A DNA stretch of 64,000 nucleotides from SAR202 cluster bacterium. GTDB taxonomy: Bacteria > Chloroflexota > Dehalococcoidia > Lucifugimonadales > UBA826. The stretch is from positions 464 to 64,463 of the forward strand of contig VFFS01000058.1 of assembly GCA_009392815.1 (NCBI GenBank), in the 5' to 3' direction. The notes beneath the pieces were generated by a model. It was not told the origin of the DNA. It saw nothing but the letters and a program-made list of their open reading frames with translations, and did not search any database. Shown in pieces: positions 46,247 through 55,849 of this stretch. The number at the start of each line of letters is the position of its first letter. The stretch's first letter is position 1. Made by a program: the position numbers and the translations under genes.

Positions 46247-49144
46247 ATGACAGTACAAGCTAGCGCTTCAGATACTCGGCAATTAGTCGATGAGCTCAAT
46301 CTCCAAGTACAAGGAGAAGTAAGATTCGACAAAATGTCCAGAGCTCTCTGGAGCACCGATGCCAGCATCTACCAAATTGAACCAGTAGGTGTCGTACTAC
46401 CTAAGACGAAAGATGACATCATAGCAGTACTAGAAACTGCCCAAAAATACGGAGTCTCAGTTCTTCCTAGAGGAGGAGGAACAAGCCTAGCAGGTCAAAC
46501 AGTCGGAGAATCGATAGTTCTAGATTTTTCCAGGTATATGAGGGATGTTGTTGAAATAAACCCGGAAGAGGGCTGGGTACGCACTCAGCCAGGGATAATC
46601 CTAGATGAGCTGAACAGGATATTAGCACCCCACAACGTACTATTTGCTCCAGACCCCAGCACAAGTAGCAGAGGGAATGTAGGTGGAGCCCTAGGAAATA
46701 ATTCGTGCGGAGCCCACTCAATTATGTGGGGGAAAACCGTAGATAACGTTCATGAACTTGACGTTATTCTCTCTAACGGAGACACGACAACATTTGGTCA
46801 GTTAAGTGGAGACTCTCTAGAGGCCAAAATGCGTGGATCAGGTTTTGAAGGCGATATATATAGATCGCTCTTTGAGATAGGTGAGGGTAACAGAGACGAA
46901 ATCCTTTCCAGATATCCCAAAATACAAAGACGAGTATCTGGCTACAACTTGGATGAATTTGTCAGTGGCAGCAATTTCAATATGGCCAGATTTGTGGTTG
47001 GTTCCGAAGGTACTTTGGTTACGATTACAGAGGCAAAATTAAGGGTTGTTCCTGTACCAAAATATAAGGGACTAGCAGTTTTGCACTGCATGGAACTAAT
47101 TGAGTCTATGGAGGCCACTGTAGCAGCTTTAGACCTAGACCCATCTGCGATAGAACTGATTGGGAGCATGATTATTCGTCAAGCACAATCCAATCTGTCA
47201 TATTCTCGAATAACCGACTTCATTGAAGGTGAACCAGAAGCTCTGTTGGCTATTGAATTGGTCGCAAACTCGGAGAAAGAACTGGCTCACAAATTTGACT
47301 TACTGAAAGAGATGATAAGCAAGGGTGGATGGGGATATTCTTTGGTCTGGCTTACAAAGGACGCCGACCAGGAAAAAGTCTGGGATGTAAGAAAAGCTGG
47401 CCTGGGCCTGATGATGAATGTTCCTGGCGATGCAAAACCTCTCCCATTCGTTGAAGACACAGCCGTATCACCTCATGTGCTCCCAGATTTTGTAAGGAGA
47501 TTCGACTCAATAGTACGAAAACATGGTACAGAAGCGGGATATTATGGGCATGCAAGTGTTGGGTGCCTCCACATCCGACCGCTCATCAATCTGAAAAACC
47601 AAGAGGGTATAGACCGCATGGTCGCAATCTCTGACGAAATCAGTGATCTTGTCCTCGAATTTGGTGGATCTATGAGTGGAGAACATGGAGACGGGTTAGT
47701 CCGGAGTGGCTACAACGAAAAGATGTTCGGAAGTCAAATCTACCAAGCCTTCAGGGATGTCAAAACTGCTTTTGACCCCAAGAAGATAATGAATCCCGGA
47801 AAGATAGTCGATTCACCACCGATGACAGATAATCTTCGTTACGGATCAACGTATGGAACTCTATCGCCACAAACAGGTTTTGCATTCGCAGAAGAAGGAA
47901 GTTTTGCGACAGCGATAGAGATGTGTAACGGGCAAGGCGCGTGTAGAAAGGTACATGGTGGAACAATGTGCCCTTCATACATGGCAACTCGTGACGAAGA
48001 ACACTCTACTAGGGGACGTGCAAATGCCTTGAGAGCTGCTATGTCCGGTGCTATTCCCACTGACATGCTAACCAGTGAACGACTTTACCAAGTTATGGAT
48101 TTATGCCTAGAGTGTAAAGCTTGTAAAGCCGAATGCCCATCAAACGTCGATATGGCTAAATTAAAATATGAGTTTCTGAATATATACCACCAAGAAAATG
48201 GCTATGGATTAAATAACCGGTTCTTTGGCAACGTGGATCTTCTAAGTAAGATGGGAGCCTTCTTTGCGCCTATTTCCAACTGGATGATGAACACGTCATT
48301 TTCGAAACAACTTCTAGAAAAAACCATCGGCATAGATAAGAGACGACAGTTACCCAACTTTGCCCCTCAAACTTTTCAGCAATGGTTTAGATCTCGAGTC
48401 GATACAGAAACACCCAAAAACCCGAAAGGTATGGTCGTTCTGTTTCCTGACACTACAACTAATTACAATCACCCAGAACTGGGAATTGCGACCGTCAATA
48501 TTTTGGAAAAACTGGGATATGAAGTAATCCTCCCGAATTCCCGTTGCTGCGGAAGACCAATGCTTTCTAATGGAATGATGTCTCAAGCAAAAGCGAACGT
48601 AGATTTCAACATATCCTCTATTTATCCTTTCGTGGAAAAAGGAGCCAAGCTAGTTGGAATAGAACCAAGTTGTGCCCTTGGCTTTATAAGTGACTTTTCT
48701 GACCTTGCATCCGAACCAGAAAAGGCGAAAGAAATCTCTGAAAACACCATGTTAATAGAGGATTTTTTTCTATACGCGACCAAAGAAGAAGACTTTCAAT
48801 TTACGAACCCACCCCAAAACCAGAAGGTAGTGTTTCACGGTCACTGCCATCAAAAAGCTCTTGTTGGGACAACCTCTGCCATGGAGGTACTTAAAACAAT
48901 TCCCGGATTGGAGCCTGTAGAAATAAAATCCGGCTGCTGCGGAATGGCGGGGTCTTTCGGTTTTTATAAGGACCACTTCGACATCTCCATGCAAATTGGT
49001 GAAGACACTCTTTTCCCAGCCATAAGGGAAGAAAATGACGATGTGATCGTGGTGAGTGAAGGGGTCTCATGCAGGCAACAGATTGAACAGGGAACTCAAA
49101 GAAAAACAAAACATCTAGTTGAACTGTTGTCAGACTATATTTAA
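46247..49144 (+). CDS. FAD-linked oxidase fused to Fe-S and CCG domains (YdiJ / GlcD-GlcF fusion type)
   Basis: 965 aa. FAD_binding_4 motif RGGGTSLAG, ferredoxin-like CLECKACKAECPSNV, and two CCG motifs (CCGRP, CCGMAGSFG). Confidence 0.85.
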   Translation: MTVQASASDTRQLVDELNLQVQGEVRFDKMSRALWSTDASIYQIEPVGVVLPKTKDDIIAVLETAQKYGVSVLPRGGGTSLAGQTVGESIVLDFSRYMRDVVEINPEEGWVRTQPGIILDELNRILAPHNVLFAPDPSTSSRGNVGGALGNNSCGAHSIMWGKTVDNVHELDVILSNGDTTTFGQLSGDSLEAKMRGSGFEGDIYRSLFEIGEGNRDEILSRYPKIQRRVSGYNLDEFVSGSNFNMARFVVGSEGTLVTITEAKLRVVPVPKYKGLAVLHCMELIESMEATVAALDLDPSAIELIGSMIIRQAQSNLSYSRITDFIEGEPEALLAIELVANSEKELAHKFDLLKEMISKGGWGYSLVWLTKDADQEKVWDVRKAGLGLMMNVPGDAKPLPFVEDTAVSPHVLPDFVRRFDSIVRKHGTEAGYYGHASVGCLHIRPLINLKNQEGIDRMVAISDEISDLVLEFGGSMSGEHGDGLVRSGYNEKMFGSQIYQAFRDVKTAFDPKKIMNPGKIVDSPPMTDNLRYGSTYGTLSPQTGFAFAEEGSFATAIEMCNGQGACRKVHGGTMCPSYMATRDEEHSTRGRANALRAAMSGAIPTDMLTSERLYQVMDLCLECKACKAECPSNVDMAKLKYEFLNIYHQENGYGLNNRFFGNVDLLSKMGAFFAPISNWMMNTSFSKQLLEKTIGIDKRRQLPNFAPQTFQQWFRSRVDTETPKNPKGMVVLFPDTTTNYNHPELGIATVNILEKLGYEVILPNSRCCGRPMLSNGMMSQAKANVDFNISSIYPFVEKGAKLVGIEPSCALGFISDFSDLASEPEKAKEISENTMLIEDFFLYATKEEDFQFTNPPQNQKVVFHGHCHQKALVGTTSAMEVLKTIPGLEPVEIKSGCCGMAGSFGFYKDHFDISMQIGEDTLFPAIREENDDVIVVSEGVSCRQQIEQGTQRKTKHLVELLSDYI

Positions 49145-49157
49145 CTAATGTCCCTGT

Positions 49158-49445
49158 TTATACAGGCCCTTGTTCTGGAATAATTCTGTCAATACTCACC
49201 GCCTTATACCCCCTGGTAGATCTTATCCTCAAGTTTTCTCCTATCATCAAAATACCAAAAGTGTATGGATCAACTTCTACCCGTTTAGATGATATGTATA
49301 TGACAGTCCTTTCATTATCATCCAACACTTCTTTTCCTTCCAGAAGTCCCTCTATATAAACGTATGGGGGGCATGAATCCACGAATGAGATCGCCGCATG
49401 TGCAAATTTAATAAATGGGAACAAGAAAAAACGAACAACCGACAT
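49158..49445 (-). CDS. hypothetical protein
   Basis: 95-aa ORF, convergent with the oxidase gene. No motif recognised. Confidence 0.35.
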   Translation of the reverse strand: MSVVRFFLFPFIKFAHAAISFVDSCPPYVYIEGLLEGKEVLDDNERTVIYISSKRVEVDPYTFGILMIGENLRIRSTRGYKAVSIDRIIPEQGPV

Positions 49446-49644
49446 ATCTAGAATATAAAACCTCCATCACGCTACAAAGAACGGGTATATCTTCCTTTTT
49501 AATTTCTTAACTTCTAACACAATTAGCCTATTTCTATACTCATGCAATTTTTGACGTGTAAGCAATAATATCTCAAGTAAAGTAAAGTTCTATGGTCATA
49601 TTGGATTCTTAATTACCAAATCAGCAAAACGGAGAATAGTAACT

Positions 49645-50538
49645 ATGAAAGTCGGTTTTATTGGCGTTGGGTTCATGGGAAAACATATGGCTAGACACAT
49701 TATTGAGGGAGGTCATGAACTGACTATATATGACATCTCCGAAACTGCCGCTAAAGATTTGGTGGATTTAGGAGCGAAATGGGCCAATAGTCCTAGCATA
49801 GTTGCTACTAACAGCGAAGTTATATTCACATCCCTTCCAACTCCACAGGATGTTGAACAAGTGGTGATTGGAGAGGGAGGACTATTAGATGGAGCAATAG
49901 AAGGAACAACGTTTTTCGATTTAAGTACCACTGATCCTGAAACGATAACACGTATTTCTGAGTCAACTTCACAAAAAGGGGTAACCCTTCTCGATGCCCC
50001 CGTAAGTGGCGGCACAACAGGTGCCGAAGAGGGAACATTATGTGTAATGGTCGGGGGTGACAAAAGTAAGTATGACAAATATAAGTCTGTATTAGATCTT
50101 ATTGGAACCCAGGTTGTGTATTGCGGCAATTTAGGTGCGGGCGCTGTCTGCAAGATTGTTAATAACTTAATCGGTATGACTCTTGGGGTTGTATTGTCAG
50201 AGGCGTTCAGTCTAGGGGTTAAAGCTGGAGTAGACCCTATGACTCTCTACAATGCCGTCTCAATGAGCTCTGGCGAAACAAGGCAAATGCATACATTTCC
50301 AACTGGGTTATTCGAAGGAAATTTCGAACCCGGTTTTAAACTTGACCTAGGTTCAAAAGACGTAGGCCTTGCCACTAATTTAGGAAGAAGTCTGAGGGTC
50401 CCAATGGAAGTCTCAAATTTAGTGCACCAAAAATATGTTGAAGCACAAAACAAGGGGTGGGGAGGACAATCAACAACAGCAATTGCTAAACTGCAAGAAG
50501 AACGTGCTGGAGTAGAAATTAGAAGCCTTGGACTCTAA
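49645..50538 (+). CDS. NAD(P)-dependent 3-hydroxyisobutyrate/6-phosphogluconate dehydrogenase-family oxidoreductase
   Basis: 297 aa. GFIGVGFMGKHMA dinucleotide fold, DAPVSGG, and K-containing KIVNN. Confidence 0.85.
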   Translation: MKVGFIGVGFMGKHMARHIIEGGHELTIYDISETAAKDLVDLGAKWANSPSIVATNSEVIFTSLPTPQDVEQVVIGEGGLLDGAIEGTTFFDLSTTDPETITRISESTSQKGVTLLDAPVSGGTTGAEEGTLCVMVGGDKSKYDKYKSVLDLIGTQVVYCGNLGAGAVCKIVNNLIGMTLGVVLSEAFSLGVKAGVDPMTLYNAVSMSSGETRQMHTFPTGLFEGNFEPGFKLDLGSKDVGLATNLGRSLRVPMEVSNLVHQKYVEAQNKGWGGQSTTAIAKLQEERAGVEIRSLGL

Positions 50539-51811
50539 ATCAGAGAAGCTAAAGAGAAATGTTAAAAAAGACATTCTCAGCAACGGATTGACGATAATTA
50601 CGGAAGAAATCCCTTATGTCGAATCAATCTCCATCAACATGGGTGTTAGATGTGGGTCAAGACATGAGGCCCCCGGACTAGAAGGCATGGCCCACTTGGT
50701 TGAACACATGCTATTTAAGGGAACGAAAAGCATCCCAAGTCCTTCGAAAATAAGTGAACTCATCGAAATAAGTGGGGGTTCACTTAATGCTGCCACGGAC
50801 TACGAAACCACCGTTTATTGGTGCCGTGTCTTATCAGAAAAAGCAGAAGAAAGCCTCCAACTACTTTTTCAGTTAATTACAGAGCCTCTCCTCAGACCTG
50901 TTGACTTAGAACTAGAACGTAAAGTAATTATTGAAGAAATTAATAGTGTTAACGACTTTCCAAATTCAAGAGCTGATGTACTACTGGATGAACTAATGTG
51001 GCCCGGAACGTCCCTCGGAAGAGATATCGCTGGAACGATTGAGACTGTATCCAACCTATCTCATGAATCCCTAGTGAGATTTATAAAGGAGAAATATAAC
51101 TCAAATAGCGTGGTAATAAGTGCGGCCGGCAACTTGAATCATAATGAAGTCATAGACATAGTAGGACCCATGTCTGAAACACTTAATGTTAGCTCAGACA
51201 ATATATTTAACAAAATTAATTATACAAGTAACAAGCCAACATTCATTAGAGAAGATCGAGTTACAGAGCAGGCACATATTTCAATAGGTTTCCCAGGAAC
51301 AAGTAGGGACAACGAAGCTCGTTATGCTCTGGATCTTCTTATTGCAATACTCGGGGAGGGAATGAGCAGCCGATTGTTTCAAGAAATTCGGGAAAAAAGA
51401 GGATTGGCTTATGACATAGGCGCAGGGACAAGTCATCATGCTGATACAGGAGTAGTAAATATATATGCAGCAGTGGACAGTAAAAAATATAATGACGCTG
51501 TACACGTGATATCAGAAGAAGTCCAGAAATTAAAAACCAACACGCATATTGAAGAGCTCGATAAAGTAAAGTCACTATATAAAGGGCGAATGAAGTTGAA
51601 TATGGAGAATACAAGATCAGTAGCAACGTGGAACTGCAATCAACTACTCCATGGCAGCGCCAGCGGTTTTCAGTCCCCCGAAGAGTTTATAGAGAAAATT
51701 TCACAGGTAGACCTGGAAAATATAAGGAACGTTGCATCCCAATACCTATCTGAAGAAGATATGAATGTCGCAGTAGTCGGGCCAGTCAACCCCCATGATG
51801 ACCCATACTAA
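50528..51811 (+). CDS. M16-family zinc peptidase
   Basis: 427 aa, TTG start. HLVEHMLFKG (HxxEH) and a downstream Glu region. Confidence 0.85.
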   Translation: MDSKSEKLKRNVKKDILSNGLTIITEEIPYVESISINMGVRCGSRHEAPGLEGMAHLVEHMLFKGTKSIPSPSKISELIEISGGSLNAATDYETTVYWCRVLSEKAEESLQLLFQLITEPLLRPVDLELERKVIIEEINSVNDFPNSRADVLLDELMWPGTSLGRDIAGTIETVSNLSHESLVRFIKEKYNSNSVVISAAGNLNHNEVIDIVGPMSETLNVSSDNIFNKINYTSNKPTFIREDRVTEQAHISIGFPGTSRDNEARYALDLLIAILGEGMSSRLFQEIREKRGLAYDIGAGTSHHADTGVVNIYAAVDSKKYNDAVHVISEEVQKLKTNTHIEELDKVKSLYKGRMKLNMENTRSVATWNCNQLLHGSASGFQSPEEFIEKISQVDLENIRNVASQYLSEEDMNVAVVGPVNPHDDPY

Positions 51812-51834
51812 ATATAGTAATGGCAATTATTTCC

Positions 51835-51864
51835 TTGACACTCTTGTAAGCCCATTGCTAACAT
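51835..51864 (+). promoter_or_regulatory. candidate sigma70-type promoter (TTGACA-18 nt-TAACAT) upstream of the thrC-like gene
   Basis: Based on the pattern match only. It is followed by a 13-bp palindrome TATCGGaCCGATA at 51884-51896. Confidence 0.3.
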
Positions 51865-51934
51865 TTTTCTCTGATTCAAAGGGTATCGGACCGATATCCA
51901 TATAAATGCCGTTTCCAGTCATAGGAGCGATCAG

Positions 51935-53167
51935 TTGCCACACGTAAAGTGTCTAAGGTGCCGTGAATGTGGTAGCGAGTACCCAATAGAACCGCTTAAT
52001 GCTTGCGAGTATTGCTTTGGCCCTCTCGAGGTCGAGTATGACTACGAGTCTATTGCAAAAGCTGTGAGTAGAAAGTCTATTTCAAACGGGCCCGACACAA
52101 TGTGGAGATATCACGATTTCCTACCTGTCGAAAAGGAGTCAGCGGTTGATATTTCAACTGGGTTTACTCCGCTAATCCACGCCAAAAATTTGGGAAATCA
52201 GCTAGGTCTCGACAACCTTTACATCAAAAATGATAGCGTGAACCCAACTTATTCTTTCAAGGATCGTCCAGTTTCTGTAACAACTACAAAAGCTTTGGAA
52301 TTCGAATTTGAAGTCCTTGCCTGCGTATCAACGGGAAACCTAATGGGTTCTGTGGCCGCTCACGGAGCAAAAGCGGGTATGAAAACAATGGTTTTTTATC
52401 CAGCGGATCTCGAACAAGGCAAAATCCAGGGCGCGGCTGTATATGGCCCGACAATGGTCGCCGTCACAGGTAATTACGACCACGCTAACAGGTTTTGTAG
52501 TGAGCTTGCCGATAACCACCGTTGGGCTTTCGTCAATATAAACATGAGGCCATTTTACGCTGAAGGGAGTAAAACTTTAGGATACGAAGTCGCGGAGCAG
52601 CTCGGTTGGAAAGCTCCCGATCATTGCGTCGTTCCAGGTGCATCTGGGGAATTACACACCAAAATATGGAAAGGTTTACAGGAATTTAATGACCTCGGAC
52701 TAATAGAAAACCTCAAAACCAAAATGCACCTAGCCCAGCCAGAAGGATGTTCGCCAATCGTAGGAGCATTTGAAACCGGGGCCGGCCATGTGACTCCGGT
52801 AAGGCCGGAAACGATAGCAAAGTCACTGGCAATTGGTAATCCAGCAGCAGGACCATATTCCTTGGAAGTGTTAAGGGAAACAAAAGGAACAGGAGTTTCG
52901 GCGGAGGAAAACACCATAATAGACGGAATAAGACTCCTCGCAGAGACAGAAGGAATCTTCACCGAAACTGCTGGGGGAGTAGTTATATCTAGTTTGAAAA
53001 AGCTAGTAGAACATGGAAAGATCAAGAAAGATGAAGTTACTGTGGCATACGTAACAGGAAATGGCTTAAAAACTATGGAGGCCATGGGGGACTTTGTGAC
53101 ACCTATTGAGACCACACCGGACTATGAAACTTTTCAAACTGCCTTGGCAGCATTCCAGAAGATGTAA
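51935..53167 (+). CDS. threonine synthase-family PLP enzyme with an N-terminal zinc ribbon (ThrC or a ThrC-like thiol-forming enzyme)
   Basis: 410 aa, TTG start with AGGAG upstream. It has CLRCRECG...CEYCFG, the PLP-Lys motif PTYSFKDR, and GNL/GN.. loops typical of the ThrC fold. Confidence 0.8.
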   Translation: MPHVKCLRCRECGSEYPIEPLNACEYCFGPLEVEYDYESIAKAVSRKSISNGPDTMWRYHDFLPVEKESAVDISTGFTPLIHAKNLGNQLGLDNLYIKNDSVNPTYSFKDRPVSVTTTKALEFEFEVLACVSTGNLMGSVAAHGAKAGMKTMVFYPADLEQGKIQGAAVYGPTMVAVTGNYDHANRFCSELADNHRWAFVNINMRPFYAEGSKTLGYEVAEQLGWKAPDHCVVPGASGELHTKIWKGLQEFNDLGLIENLKTKMHLAQPEGCSPIVGAFETGAGHVTPVRPETIAKSLAIGNPAAGPYSLEVLRETKGTGVSAEENTIIDGIRLLAETEGIFTETAGGVVISSLKKLVEHGKIKKDEVTVAYVTGNGLKTMEAMGDFVTPIETTPDYETFQTALAAFQKM

Positions 53168-53178
53168 GATATATCCAA

Positions 53179-53421
53179 ATGACAACTAAAAGAGTACGAT
53201 TTACGTTCCCATCAGAGTTGATAAAAGAACCCGTAATCTACAAGCTTGGAATTGATTTTGAAATCGTCACTAACATAAGAAGAGCTGATGTACGAGATTC
53301 AATGGGTTGGGTCATCTTAGAATTGGAAGGCGCCGACGACGTCATACAAAAAGGTTTAGACTGGGTTTCTTCAACTGGTGTAAGAGTGGACCCTGTTGGT
53401 GGGGACATCATAGAAGGCTAG
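53179..53421 (+). CDS. NIL-domain protein
   Basis: 80 aa. The pattern VRFTFPSELIKEPVIYKLGIDFEIVTNIRRADV...GWVILELEG......L.W....GVRV matches the NIL (MetN C-terminal-like) domain. Confidence 0.7.
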   Translation: MTTKRVRFTFPSELIKEPVIYKLGIDFEIVTNIRRADVRDSMGWVILELEGADDVIQKGLDWVSSTGVRVDPVGGDIIEG

Positions 53422-53470
53422 TTTTACCCCCTCCCCGTAATATGCATAACTTAATAGAGAGGATAAGAAA

Positions 53471-53749
53471 ATGAGTGCTACTGTCAGAATTCCGACACCG
53501 CTTCGGAAGGTTACTAATGGAGAGGATAAAGCCTCTGTAGACGCTGGAACTATGGTAGAAGTAGTGGAATCACTAGAGGAACAATTCCCTGGTCTCAAAG
53601 CTCGTATATGCGACGACGATGGGGAATTGAGAAGTTTTGTAAACGTGTATGTAAACGGAGAAGATATTCGTTTTCTAGATGGAATGGGCAGCGCAATATC
53701 TTCAGGGGATGAAATAAGCATCGTCCCAGCCGTGGCTGGAGGATCCTGA
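53471..53749 (+). CDS. CysO/MoaD-type ubiquitin-like sulfur-carrier protein with a one-residue extension after Gly-Gly
   Basis: 92 aa. It aligns along its length with M. tuberculosis CysO (V.IPT.LR..T.G...V......V..V...LE..FPG...R......L..FVN.YVN.ED.RF..G....I..GD...I.PAVAGG). It ends in AGGS. Confidence 0.75.
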   Translation: MSATVRIPTPLRKVTNGEDKASVDAGTMVEVVESLEEQFPGLKARICDDDGELRSFVNVYVNGEDIRFLDGMGSAISSGDEISIVPAVAGGS

Positions 53750-53777
53750 CAGTAAATTCACCTCCACAGTCATCTCT

Positions 53778-54932
53778 CTAATCGGATGATTTCAGCCATT
53801 TTTCTCTTTCCTTGGCACGCACGGCCTCATCTGCCACACGATAATTGTCCAAAAACCCTTTCCTATATTCCGAAAAGGATCCATTGGATATAGCTGTGCG
53901 CATTTCCTCCATCAATCTGATCACAAACCTGAGATTATGTATGGTAGCAAGGCGATACGCGAGGTATTCCTTAGCCTTAAAAAGATGATGAATATAAGCT
54001 GCCGAAAATCGAATACATGTAGAGCAGTCACACTCGATATCAATAGGGTCGTCAACATTTTTAAATCTGGATGATGTGATATTAAATCTACCCATCTTCG
54101 TATAAAGAGCACCATTTCGGGCAACTCTGCTAGGAAGAACACAGTCAAACATATCCACTCCTACCGCCACACATTCGACCAAATCTTCAGGAGATCCCAC
54201 ACCCATGAGATATCTAGGTTTATTTTCTGGCAGTAAATCGGCTGTAAATCCGGCAGTGGAATATAGTTGGTTTTTAGGTTCACCAACGCTTAGTCCTCCA
54301 ATTGAATACCCAGGCATATCTAAAGATATCATTTGGTCAATAGATTCCCTGCGCAAATCTTCATATATACCTCCCTGAACTATTCCAAAAAGGACCTGAT
54401 TCTCTCCTTTACGAGCATTCTTGCATCTTTGCACCCAATCGAAAGTAGTCTCTATCCCGTCCGATACAGATGTATAAGCCGCATCTGAGGGAAGACAAAC
54501 ATCCAGAGGCATAGCTATATCTGACCCGAGGTTAGCTTGGATTTTCATTATCGATTCTGGAGTCAGTGTATGCGTACTTCCGTCTATGTGCGATCTAAAA
54601 GTAATCCCATCCTTATGCAAATCTCTCAGATGCTCCAAACTAAATCCTTGAAATCCACCACTATCTGTCAGTATAGGTCCATCCCAACCCATAAATTTGT
54701 GAAGGCCTCCCAAGCCATATATCAACTCATCACCTGGTCTCAAGTAAAGGTGATACGCATTCCCCAACACAATCTCTGTCCCAAGTTCTGTTAAATCCTG
54801 TGGATCCAGGGCTTTTACAGAACCTTGAGTGGCTACGGGCATAAACAAAGGAGTCGCTAATTTGCCACGTGCAGTACTAATGAAACCAGATCTGGCCGAA
54901 CCTGAAAGTGCGTTAATATCGAAAAAAACCAT
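53778..54932 (-). CDS. tgt: tRNA-guanine transglycosylase (queuine tRNA-ribosyltransferase)
   Basis: 384 aa. TDSGGFQ, GLSVGE, and the zinc site CDCSTC...H. Confidence 0.95.
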   Translation of the reverse strand: MVFFDINALSGSARSGFISTARGKLATPLFMPVATQGSVKALDPQDLTELGTEIVLGNAYHLYLRPGDELIYGLGGLHKFMGWDGPILTDSGGFQGFSLEHLRDLHKDGITFRSHIDGSTHTLTPESIMKIQANLGSDIAMPLDVCLPSDAAYTSVSDGIETTFDWVQRCKNARKGENQVLFGIVQGGIYEDLRRESIDQMISLDMPGYSIGGLSVGEPKNQLYSTAGFTADLLPENKPRYLMGVGSPEDLVECVAVGVDMFDCVLPSRVARNGALYTKMGRFNITSSRFKNVDDPIDIECDCSTCIRFSAAYIHHLFKAKEYLAYRLATIHNLRFVIRLMEEMRTAISNGSFSEYRKGFLDNYRVADEAVRAKEREKWLKSSD

Positions 54933-54943
54933 AATTTACGTAG

Positions 54944-55849
54944 TTAGTGCGTTCCTGCAAAAATAAAAGTTGAAGGCCATAACCCCTGCAAGATCAACTG
55001 TATTCCCATTATCATTACCACCGCTAAGAGTATCCTCAGAATAACAACTCCCTTAACTATCTCCACCAGCCGTGCACCAATTTGGCCTCCTATAATTAAC
55101 CCCAATCCAGACCAGACCAGCGCAGGATACCAGTCTACATGGCCAAGATAAATGTGAACTATTGCACCTACGGTCGCGTATATTGAAAGAGCGAATATAG
55201 AGGTGGCCACAGCTACTTGCACAGGAAACCCAAAAATAGATACCAAAATCGGTGTTCTAAGGAATCCCCCTCCCGTTCCGAAAAAACTGGAAATGAAACC
55301 TAATATCAGATTGAAAAGAACTGAAAGTGATTCGTTGAAAGTATATCTATATGTATTCTCTCTTTTTGTGACAATTAACCTATCTGTTAGGGTGAAGTTC
55401 AACCAAGTAGGAAGCACATTCATTACATTGTGATCATGAGTAATATCGAGTGAATCTGAGGGCGCTTCCGTTTCTCGGTATTGTGGTCTCAAAAGAATAA
55501 TAACTGCCAACAACAATAACAACAGGCCAAATAATATTTTAAAAAGTGTAGGGGAGGCAGAATCCAATACCATCGGTGCAATGATTGATCCTGGAACGGC
55601 TGACAAAGCAAATACCCAGCCACTCCTTATATCGATAAGGCCACTTCTTTTATACGCAACTGTGCCTGAAATGCTGTTTATTGAGACCAAAGCAAGGGAT
55701 GTACCGGCCGCAACGGTAGCCTCTATACCAAAGAATATCATCAGAGCCGGAGCGAGAATTACCCCTCCTCCAGCTCCAACTAGTATCCCATAAACTCCTG
55801 TACCAACACCGAGGGCTAAATAAGGGATAGCCTCAGACAAGTGGTCCAA
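54944..55849 (-). CDS. TauE/SafE (TSUP, DUF81) family anion exporter
   Basis: 301 aa. A polytopic membrane protein with two repeated halves and G-rich motifs (GAGGGVI, GTGGGF). Confidence 0.7.
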   Translation of the reverse strand: MDHLSEAIPYLALGVGTGVYGILVGAGGGVILAPALMIFFGIEATVAAGTSLALVSINSISGTVAYKRSGLIDIRSGWVFALSAVPGSIIAPMVLDSASPTLFKILFGLLLLLLAVIILLRPQYRETEAPSDSLDITHDHNVMNVLPTWLNFTLTDRLIVTKRENTYRYTFNESLSVLFNLILGFISSFFGTGGGFLRTPILVSIFGFPVQVAVATSIFALSIYATVGAIVHIYLGHVDWYPALVWSGLGLIIGGQIGARLVEIVKGVVILRILLAVVMIMGIQLILQGLWPSTFIFAGTH

